Shown here: piece by piece, positions 1 to 6,978 of the stretch
How positions within the stretch are numbered: the stretch's first letter is position 1
How the letters are laid out: every line of letters begins with the position of its first letter
NCBI RefSeq assembly: GCF_000011325.1
Contig: NC_003450.3
Location: forward strand, 2,400,001 to 2,432,000
Direction of reading: 5' to 3'
Length of the DNA stretch: 32,000 bases
Source: Corynebacterium glutamicum ATCC 13032
Lineage (GTDB): Bacteria > Actinomycetota > Actinomycetes > Mycobacteriales > Mycobacteriaceae
The notes under the pieces: model-generated
What the model saw: only the letters and a program-made list of their open reading frames with translations
What the model was told of the DNA's origin: nothing
Databases searched by the model: none
Position numbers and translations under genes: made by a program

Positions 1-1298
1 TCTGAAGGATCAGACCAGCCGACCCAACCAGACAGCAGGCGGGCGTATTCAGACTGCAGCGTCTTATCGCGAATATCCGCCACGATGGGGACTGCCCGAC
101 GAAGCGCAGCCAGACGGCCTTCCACGGTGTCGAGGGTGTATTCGCTGATGATCGATTGGATGACGAACTCAAACATCGGGATGCGTCGTGCCACAAGATC
201 ACGCACCGCCGCATCGCCACGCTCAAGGCGCAGATCACACGGATCCATGCCGTTGGGTGCCACAGACACAAATGATTGTCCTGTGAACTTCTGATCGCCC
301 TCAAAGGCACGCATGGCGGCCTTCTGGCCGGCCTCATCACCATCGAAGGTGTAAATCAGTTCACCGCGGAAGTAGTTATCATCCAGCATGAGTCGACGAA
401 GCATCTGCAAGTGTTCTTCACCAAACGCAGTGCCACACGATGCCACGGCTGTATCAATGCCCGCGGCATGCATGGCCATCACATCGGTGTAGCCTTCCAC
501 CACTACTGCTTGGTGGCCAGCTGCAATGGCCTTCTTTGCAGAATCTAGACCAAAGAGCACCTTGGACTTTTTGTACAACAACGTCTCAGGCGTATTCATG
601 TACTTGCCCATTTTGTCGTCATCGAAAAGCTTGCGGGCGCCAAAACCAATGACATCACCAGACAGGTTCTTGATCGGCCACAGCAACCTGCGCTGGAACT
701 GATCAATCGGACCGCGCTTACCCATCTTGCTTAGACCGGCAGCTTCTAATTCCTTGAACTCAAAGCCCTTCTTCAGCAAATGCTTGGTCAAGGTATCCCA
801 GCCGGCAGGCGCATAGCCACATTCGAAATGATAAATGTGCTGCTGTCCGAATCCACGCTGCAGCAAAAACTCCCTGCCAGGTTGTGCTTCGGGGGTTTCT
901 AATTGCTCGCGATAAAACTGGTGCGCAGCCTTATTAGCCAAAATAAGGCGCTGGCGAGTTCCAGGTTCCTCACGGCGCCCCGGGCCACCACCTTGGTAAT
1001 TGATCTGATAACCAATTTTCTCCGCACACACTTCCACAGCCTCAGGGAAAGAGATGTGTTCCATCTCCATGAGGAAGGAGAACACATCTCCACCTTTGCC
1101 GGTGGAGAAACAGTGGTAGTAACCACGGTTGGGGCGCACATGGAACGATGGTGTTTTTTCATCTTTAAAGGGAGAAAGCCCCTTGAGCGAATCAGCACCT
1201 GCCGATTTCAGCTGCACATAATCACCCACGATCTCCTCGATCGGGGTGCGCTCGCGGATTGCCTGAATGTCACTTTCCGGAATACGTCCCTTTGCCAT
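1..1298 (-). CDS. dnaG: DNA primase DnaG, N-terminal part (3' end lies beyond position 1)
   Basis: The minus-strand frame is open from the window edge to the ATG at 1298-1296. It translates as MAKGRIPESDIQAIRERTPIEEIVGDYVQLKSAGADSLKGLSPFKDEKTPSFHVRPNRGYYHCFSTGKGGDVFSFLMEMEH, the CHC2 zinc-finger N-terminus typical of bacterial primase. It is missing from the ORF track because no stop codon falls in the window. Alternative in-frame starts exist at 1304 (ATG) and 1307 (GTG). Confidence 0.9.
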   Translation of the reverse strand, partial: MAKGRIPESDIQAIRERTPIEEIVGDYVQLKSAGADSLKGLSPFKDEKTPSFHVRPNRGYYHCFSTGKGGDVFSFLMEMEHISFPEAVEVCAEKIGYQINYQGGGPGRREEPGTRQRLILANKAAHQFYREQLETPEAQPGREFLLQRGFGQQHIYHFECGYAPAGWDTLTKHLLKKGFEFKELEAAGLSKMGKRGPIDQFQRRLLWPIKNLSGDVIGFGARKLFDDDKMGKYMNTPETLLYKKSKVLFGLDSAKKAIAAGHQAVVVEGYTDVMAMHAAGIDTAVASCGTAFGEEHLQMLRRLMLDDNYFRGELIYTFDGDEAGQKAAMRAFEGDQKFTGQSFVSVAPNGMDPCDLRLERGDAAVRDLVARRIPMFEFVIQSIISEYTLDTVEGRLAALRRAVPIVADIRDKTLQSEYARLLSGWVGWSDPS

Positions 1299-1343
1299 GA
1301 CCATCACTTTAGCCCGTCCCTTTAGTGTGCCTATATTGGTTGT

Positions 1344-1838
1344 ATGCAAAACAGCAAGAAGACCCTCGGCGGAGTGCTCGGAGTCATCGTTGTCCTCGCT
1401 GCTGCATGGTTTGGAATTGATCTGTCCACTTCAGGTGAAGCCACCAGCCAAGCATCAAGCTCAGCAACTACTACCACTATTACTAGCTCTAACACTCCAA
1501 CATCTGAGTCCATCTCCAGCAACAGCGACTTAGACGGTGACAGCTGCTCCATGAGTGAGCTGCCACAAGAAGCTGATGAGGTGGTCGACGATATCCTCGC
1601 CGGTGGTCCTTTTGATTACCCAGACAATGACGGCGTGCGCTTTGGAAACTACGAAGGCGTACTACCGAAAGAGTCCAGCAACTACTACCGCGAATACACC
1701 GTGGAAACCCCAGGACTTAGCCACCGCGGTCCACTGCGCATTGTCACCGGTGGATCAAACCCAACTGATCCAGAGGTGTGGTACTACACCTCAGATCACT
1801 ATGAAACTTTCTGTGCCATCACCGATGCGGAGAACTAA
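1344..1838 (+). CDS. Guanyl-specific ribonuclease of the RNase Sa/barnase (N1/T1 microbial RNase) family, with an N-terminal hydrophobic anchor or signal and a Ser/Thr-rich linker
   Basis: The C-terminal domain reads CSMSELPQEADEVVDDILAGGPFDYPDNDGVRFGNYEGVLPKESSNYYREYTVETPGLSHRGPLRIVTGG...YYTSDHYETF. This matches the RNase Sa pattern as I recall it (GPFPY..DG..F.N.E..LP, YYxEYTV catalytic Glu, RG..RI arginines, DHYxTF catalytic His). The N-terminus MQNSKKTLGGVLGVIVVLAAAWFG is a transmembrane or signal segment, followed by the low-complexity stretch SSSATTTTITSSNTPTSESISS. Confidence 0.85.
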   Translation: MQNSKKTLGGVLGVIVVLAAAWFGIDLSTSGEATSQASSSATTTTITSSNTPTSESISSNSDLDGDSCSMSELPQEADEVVDDILAGGPFDYPDNDGVRFGNYEGVLPKESSNYYREYTVETPGLSHRGPLRIVTGGSNPTDPEVWYYTSDHYETFCAITDAEN

Positions 1839-2084
1839 ATGAATATCGTCTTGCAGGGATCGTTTAGCACTCGACAGGAGTTCTTTGATCTCCTCGGTGC
1901 CGCTGCCTGGGGTGTGGAACGACCAGCGCCAACCAATCTGGACGGCATGGTCGATCTGATCCGGGAAACTGGACTGGACACAATCACCGTCAAAGGTCAC
2001 TGGCTTGTACCGGCAGAGGAAACAGAACGGATTGAAGAAGTCTGCGATGATCTAGGCGTTGATCTGCGCTTCAACCGTCGCTAA
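1839..2084 (+). CDS. Barstar-like ribonuclease inhibitor (immunity protein for the upstream RNase)
   Basis: An 81-aa acidic protein whose ATG directly abuts the RNase stop codon (TAAATG). The pattern VLQG...EFFDLLG....P.PTNLDGMVDLI resembles barstar (VINGEQI..SDLHQTL...LP.YYGENLDALWDCL). Its position immediately downstream of a barnase-family gene is the classic arrangement. Confidence 0.75.
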   Translation: MNIVLQGSFSTRQEFFDLLGAAAWGVERPAPTNLDGMVDLIRETGLDTITVKGHWLVPAEETERIEEVCDDLGVDLRFNRR

Positions 2085-2092
2085 AAACACCA

Positions 2093-2120
2093 CAAGTGCC
2101 GCCCCTTGGGGCGGCACTTG
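2093..2120 (-). terminator. Rho-independent terminator hairpin between the convergent barstar-like gene and glmS
   Basis: Perfect inverted repeat caagtgccgccc / gggcggcacttg with a cttg centre. On the minus strand the hairpin is followed by tggtgttttta (a U-rich tail), so it fits best as the glmS terminator. On the plus strand there is no T-tract. Confidence 0.7.
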
Positions 2121-2141
2121 GCGTCGAGAAGCGAAATCTTT

Positions 2142-4013
2142 TTATTCGACGGTGACAGACTTTGCCAGGTTACGAGGCTGATCCACGTTGTAGCCCTTTG
2201 CGGTTGCCACAGCGCACGCAAAGATCTGCAGAGGCACGGTGGACAGCAGAGGCTGCATCAGGGTTGGGGCCTGAGGAATGCGGATGATGAAGTTGGCGTA
2301 ATCGTTGACAGCCTCATCGCCTTCCTCTGCAATCACGATGGTGACAGCGCCACGTGCACGGATCTCCTGAATGTTGGAGACAACCTTGGAGTGCAGGGAA
2401 TCGCGACCACGAGGTGAAGGCACGATAACGAAGATCGGCTGGCCTTCCTCAACCAAAGCAATTGGGCCGTGCTTGAGCTCGCCTGCAGCGAAACCTTCAG
2501 CGTGCAGGTATGCGATCTCCTTGAGCTTCAACGCACCCTCAAGCGCAACTGGGAAACCAACGTGGCGGCCCAGGAACAGCACAGACTTAGCATCTGCCAT
2601 ATCTTGGCCAAGCTTCTTGATCTGCTCTTCTGCATCGATGACCTGCTGAATCTTCTCAGGCATCTCACGCAGGCTGTCCAGAATGGAAGAAACCTCATCA
2701 GCGAACTTGTTGCCGCGCAGCTGAGCCAAGTACAGGCCAAGCAAGTAAGAAGCAGTGATCTGAGCCAAGAACGCCTTGGTGGACGCCACAGCGATCTCAG
2801 GGCCAGCGTAGGTGTACAGGGACGCATCTGCTTCACGTGGAAGAGTGGATCCAACAGTGTTACAAATAGCAACAACCTTGGCACCCTGCTCACGTGCGTG
2901 GCGAACAGCCATGAGGGTATCCATGGTCTCGCCGGACTGGGACAATGCCACAACAAGGGTCTTCTCGTTGAGGATTGGGTCGCGGTAACGGAACTCGTGA
3001 GCCAGCTCCACCTCGGTTGGGATGCGGCACCAGTGCTCAATGGCGTAACGAGCAACCTGGCCTGCATAAGCTGCAGTACCACAAGCAACAATGACGATCT
3101 TGTCGACACTACGCAGAATAGCTTCATCGATGCGCAGCTCATCAAGAACGAGCTTGCCATCTTCATCAAGACGGCCCATCAGGGTATCGCGAACAGCTGC
3201 TGGCTGATCGTGGATTTCCTTCTCCATGAAGGAACCGAAGCCACCCTTTTCAGCAGCTGCAGCGTCCCACTCCACGTCGAAAGGCTTGCCAACTGCTTCT
3301 GATCCATCAAAGTTGGTGATGGCGTAATCATCAGCGGTGATGGTAACAACCTGGTCATTAGCCAGCTCTACAGCCTTGCGGGTGTAATCAATAAAGCCAG
3401 AAACGTCAGATCCGAGGAAGTTCTCGCCCTCGCCGACGCCGATAACCAAAGGAGAGTTACGACGAGCTGCAACGATGCGGTCATCGTGATCAGCATGAAT
3501 AGCTAGCAGGGTGAAAGCACCCTCAAGGCGCTGACCGGTCAGCTGCATAGCAAGGGTGAGGTCACCGTTTGCCTGAGTATTGTAAATTTCAGCAAGCAAA
3601 GAAGCAGCAACTTCGGTATCGGTATCGGATACAAAGTTGTAGCCCTTAGCGGAAAGCTCAGAGCGCAGTTCCGCAAAGTTTTCGATGATGCCGTTGTGTA
3701 CTACGGCAAGCTTGCCATTGGAAACAACGTGGGGGTGAGCGTTGACATCGGTTGGGCCACCATGAGTTGCCCAACGGGTGTGTCCAATTCCCAAAATAGA
3801 ATCTGGAAGAGGTGCTTTAGCGATTTCTGCATCTAGTGCAGCAACCTTTCCGGCCTTCTTTCGGTAGCTAATCTCACCATTGGCGTGAATAGCAATACCT
3901 GCGGAGTCATATCCGCGGTATTCCAGGCGACGTAGTCCTTCAACAACTACATCTAGAGCAAAGTAATCACGGGAGTCGCCCGCTTGGCCAATATATCCAA
4001 CAATTCCACACAT
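2142..4013 (-). CDS. glmS: Glutamine--fructose-6-phosphate aminotransferase (isomerizing)
   Basis: The track ORF begins MRMCGIVGYIG. GlmS needs Cys as its first mature residue (Ntn amidotransferase), so the functional start is the second ATG at 4013 (MCGIVGY). The C-terminus ...DQPRNLAKSVTVE and the two SIS domains are as expected for GlmS. Confidence 0.95.
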   Translation of the reverse strand: MCGIVGYIGQAGDSRDYFALDVVVEGLRRLEYRGYDSAGIAIHANGEISYRKKAGKVAALDAEIAKAPLPDSILGIGHTRWATHGGPTDVNAHPHVVSNGKLAVVHNGIIENFAELRSELSAKGYNFVSDTDTEVAASLLAEIYNTQANGDLTLAMQLTGQRLEGAFTLLAIHADHDDRIVAARRNSPLVIGVGEGENFLGSDVSGFIDYTRKAVELANDQVVTITADDYAITNFDGSEAVGKPFDVEWDAAAAEKGGFGSFMEKEIHDQPAAVRDTLMGRLDEDGKLVLDELRIDEAILRSVDKIVIVACGTAAYAGQVARYAIEHWCRIPTEVELAHEFRYRDPILNEKTLVVALSQSGETMDTLMAVRHAREQGAKVVAICNTVGSTLPREADASLYTYAGPEIAVASTKAFLAQITASYLLGLYLAQLRGNKFADEVSSILDSLREMPEKIQQVIDAEEQIKKLGQDMADAKSVLFLGRHVGFPVALEGALKLKEIAYLHAEGFAAGELKHGPIALVEEGQPIFVIVPSPRGRDSLHSKVVSNIQEIRARGAVTIVIAEEGDEAVNDYANFIIRIPQAPTLMQPLLSTVPLQIFACAVATAKGYNVDQPRNLAKSVTVE

Positions 4014-4131
4014 GCGCATGACTTTACAACAACTTTTTCTCGATCACTTAATGGACGAGAATAAACAATCCACACAGCACACTGAGCTGGGAGGACCATA
4101 ATTAAGTTGCAGCACGCAATGTGTTCAGGAA

Positions 4132-4158
4132 CGAAAAACGCACTCCTCTAGTAGTGCG
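4132..4158 (-). terminator. Weak terminator-like hairpin with a T-tract on the minus strand
   Basis: The minus strand reads cgcact-actagagg-agtgcg followed by tttttcg (6-bp stem). It lies about 25 nt downstream of the TAA (4185-4183) that ends the decayed ORF described next, and upstream of the glmS start. Confidence 0.4.
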
Positions 4159-4182
4159 ATTTTACGGTAGTTGGCAGCTTTT

Positions 4183-4619
4183 TTACGAAATCTTGAGAAG
4201 CTTAGGATTGAGCGGAAACTTCAGACAAGCACTGACCAACGGATGATTAGCAGTGACACCAGTCAGCTCAGAAACTAGAGCATCCGATGCTTCAGGGTTC
4301 CCCCGTGCTTGGGAAAGACGCGCTTGCAGATCAACAGCCTCTGCATCACCTTCCACATCAAACGCTAATGCTGCTGCAAACGGCAGACCTCAGATTATTT
4401 GGGTTATGTCCGTGTTCTGCCAGCTCTGCAGCGGGGCCAATGAATCGCTCGTTGGCAGAAATCTCACGGATTGGTACGTCCCACACGATTGACCGTGTCA
4501 GGCAATGAGGGGCTCGTGAGACGATGCAGGATCTTTTCTACATAAGCCTTTCGAACCTCCGGTTCAAATCGGAAACCGTGGCCGAAGATTTGAGACCCAC
4601 AAAATTTATAAAATTTTAT
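4183..4619 (-). pseudogene. Possible frameshift-disrupted ORF remnant of unknown family
   Basis: Three consecutive protein-like minus-strand reading frames overlap end to end. Frame a (4619-4467): ...FGHGFRFEPEVRKAYVEKILHRLTSPSLPDTVNRVGRTNP*. Frame b (4537-4361): ...VWDVPIREISANERFIGPAAELAEHGHNPNNLRSAV..*. Frame c (4389-4186, stop at 4185-4183): GLPFAAALAFDVEGDAEAVDLQARLSQARGNPEASDALVSELTGVTANHPLVSACLKFPLNPKLLKIS*. No frame has an ATG start. The plus-strand ORFs at 4253-4508 have the Arg/Ser/Ala-rich composition of antisense shadows. I do not recognise the family. Confidence 0.3.
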
Positions 4620-4984
4620 TTACTTGGCAGAAACCGACTGATCCGACAAATCACTTTTCTAAACCCTCGATATGTAAGCAATAAGCTAAATGGGTTTGAC
4701 CCGCTTCTGGGGAATTGTGACTTTTGGGGTTTCGACCCAGAACGAACGCCCGATCACACCAGGGTGCATAACGTGCTGATACTTTACAGCGGTAAACGAC
4801 TCAGACACCCACAAACCTTAAAGGCGAAATTTTTGGGCAGCGTGATTTGATCCCTGTTTAGTCCCCGAGCACGAATTCATGTTCGCTAGCCTTAAGGCCA
4901 CTACTTCACCCCCATCTGACACGACACAGGTTTAAGCCAGAACATTTTATTAGCCTCACTGAAACTTACTGCTGCTCTAACCAA

Positions 4985-6259
4985 TTATCCCAAAAATCCT
5001 GAGATGTCAGCAGCATTCCGGGCAAGGCGTTCCAGACGAGACTCCGTCATCGACGCAATCTGATCAACAATCACACGGATCTGTTCCGATTCTGAATCCG
5101 CTTCAATAAACCACTGGCGATACATCGGATCCAACGATCCCGGAGCCCCCAGCACCAGGTAGTCAAAAACCCGGAAGATACGATCCCGTTGCCTGTTTTG
5201 GCGCGCAAGGTGCCCTGGGTCATCCATCACGTAGAGAACCGCTAACGTTTTGAGCAGTTTTACTTCACTGGCCGCTGTTTCTGGAATGATCAAATCGCCG
5301 TGCATGCGTCCCACATCAATGCCAGCGTGTGTTTTCTTTGTTGACTCGATGGTAGAGCCAACGTATCTTCCCACTAGTTCTGAAGTCATCGCCTTCAGCG
5401 CAGCGTAGGAACGCAGTGAGAAATCAAAATCCGCAGCGGCAGCCACCACCGGAAGTTCCCGCAACGATGCTGCACCCTCGATGAGCTCTGCAGGCGAACC
5501 TCCGAAAGCAGCTGCTCCTTTGTCTGCCAAAGCTGCTAATTCAACCAGGTCCCACAGCACTTTTAAGTCGATACGCCCGGATACAATACCGTCTTCCACA
5601 TCGTGCACCGAGTAGGCAATGTCATCAGAAAAGTCCATGACCTGCGCTTCGATCGGTGGGCGAAGATCCTCATGGCCTTGTCTAATCCAAGCGAGGATTT
5701 CTGCGTCCTCGTCATAAGCACTGTATTTCTTATTGACACTGCCATCCGCATTTGTTTTAGCCCACGGATACTTACATGCAGCATCAAGAGCAGCCCGCGA
5801 CAAGTTCAGCCCAAAGCTCTCCCCCTCATCAGAGACAATTTTTGGCTCCAGACGCGTGAGAATACGCAAGGTTTGGGCGTTGCCCTCAAATCCTCCACAG
5901 GCCGCAGCAACTTCATTCAACGCGTTTTCACCGTTGTGTCCATACGGCGGATGCCCAATGTCATGGCACAGCCCTGCCAGATCGCACAGATCAGGATCCA
6001 AATCCAGTCCAGCTCCGATTCCCCGTGCAATTTGAGCTACTTCCAAAGAGTGCGTCAGCCGGGTGCGCGGAGTATCACCATCATTGGGGCCAACCACTTG
6101 GGTTTTATCCGCGAGGCGTCGAAGAGCAGCAGAATGCAGCACGCGAGCCCGGTCGCGGGCGAACGCGCTGCGGGTGTCTACGGCGCTGGTACGCAGTTGG
6201 CTGGACTTGGCGCGCTCAGGCTGGCGTCGAAAAGCGTCTGCGTCGGAATAGGGGTACAT
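4985..6259 (-). CDS. dgt: dGTP triphosphohydrolase-like HD-domain protein
   Basis: A 424-aa ORF containing RTRLTHSLEVAQIARGIG...LCHDIGHPPYGHNGE, the HD motif of the dGTPase family. In mycobacteria dgt sits beside dnaG. Confidence 0.9.
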   Translation of the reverse strand: MYPYSDADAFRRQPERAKSSQLRTSAVDTRSAFARDRARVLHSAALRRLADKTQVVGPNDGDTPRTRLTHSLEVAQIARGIGAGLDLDPDLCDLAGLCHDIGHPPYGHNGENALNEVAAACGGFEGNAQTLRILTRLEPKIVSDEGESFGLNLSRAALDAACKYPWAKTNADGSVNKKYSAYDEDAEILAWIRQGHEDLRPPIEAQVMDFSDDIAYSVHDVEDGIVSGRIDLKVLWDLVELAALADKGAAAFGGSPAELIEGAASLRELPVVAAAADFDFSLRSYAALKAMTSELVGRYVGSTIESTKKTHAGIDVGRMHGDLIIPETAASEVKLLKTLAVLYVMDDPGHLARQNRQRDRIFRVFDYLVLGAPGSLDPMYRQWFIEADSESEQIRVIVDQIASMTESRLERLARNAADISGFLG

Positions 6260-6937
6260 CTACTTTTTCAGCCTCCGAAGTTGCTCATGGCGTGCACGCC
6301 GCGAAGGGCGCAGCAGACCTTGGATTGCGCGCAAAGATGCTTCCACCTTATCGGCCACCCGTTCACCCAAGAGCCGCGACACGTCCTGTACTACTACCCC
6401 GCCCCACTCATGGGACAAGGTCAGAAAATAAACTATCGACGGAAACTTCGCGGGACTATAGGTTGTCGGGGAAGGTTTCGCGTCAAAGCCCATGCGTCGC
6501 GCGATGCGCACCGCCCGATACGAATGGTTCGGATCAGTAACAATCAGCACCCGACCAAGCTTTTCCGGATCAAGCGCCTCATAGGAGGAGACAGTGTCAT
6601 TGCCAACTGCAGAGACAAAAATCAGATCCGGATCCACGCCCTCTTTGATCAAATACTCCCGCGCGACTTCTGCTTCGGTGAAACGATCGCCAGGAAGTTT
6701 TCCGCCGACAGTATATACATGCTGGATTTCATGAAGACGCCACAGCTTCGCGGCATGCCTCAAACGAGCAGCAAACTGCCTCGATGGAACTCCATCATAT
6801 TGAGCTGTGCCCAACACCAAAATTGAATCAATTTTGTGCCGATTATTAGGCGTTCTGAGCATCGAATACGCCACCACCCTCAGGGCTGGCTGCACTACTG
6901 CGGTTAAGAGTAAACTCTTGGCTAAAAATCTTCTCAC
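6260..6937 (-). CDS. DUF218 / YdcF(ElyC)-like protein
   Basis: A 225-aa ORF with ILVLGTAQYDGVPSRQFAARLRHAAKLW...VYTVGGKLPGDRFTEAEVAREYL...ALDPEKLGRVLIVTDPNHSYRA, the typical DUF218 core. Its stop (TAG 6262-6260) directly abuts the dgt ATG at 6259. It starts with GTG at 6937. Confidence 0.8.
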   Translation of the reverse strand: MRRFLAKSLLLTAVVQPALRVVAYSMLRTPNNRHKIDSILVLGTAQYDGVPSRQFAARLRHAAKLWRLHEIQHVYTVGGKLPGDRFTEAEVAREYLIKEGVDPDLIFVSAVGNDTVSSYEALDPEKLGRVLIVTDPNHSYRAVRIARRMGFDAKPSPTTYSPAKFPSIVYFLTLSHEWGGVVVQDVSRLLGERVADKVEASLRAIQGLLRPSRRARHEQLRRLKK

Positions 6938-6978
6938 GTTAACTAGTGTGCCAGCTGGACTCGTCTAAGGTGGGGACC

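Noticed and set aside
2469-3302. A 277-aa plus-strand ORF and a 213-aa alternative minus-frame ORF inside glmS
   Set aside because: Both are nested in the glmS coding region, which has full-length family signatures. There is no independent evidence for either.
4020-4200. A glmS ribozyme/riboswitch upstream of glmS
   Set aside because: I could not find the conserved glmS ribozyme core. The element is known mainly from Firmicutes and a few other groups, not from Corynebacteriales. Only a small hairpin (4139-4158) is present.
4524-4850. A 108-aa plus-strand ORF in the glmS-dgt interval
   Set aside because: The region is AT-rich. The translation (many Phe/Leu/Asn/Arg residues) has no motif and no Shine-Dalgarno sequence, so it looks like a chance ORF.
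5603-6826. A 407-aa plus-strand ORF spanning dgt and the DUF218 gene
   Set aside because: It lies entirely antisense to two well-supported genes with recognisable motifs. Its translation is Arg/Ser/Pro/Gly-rich with no motif, typical of a shadow ORF in a GC-biased coding region.
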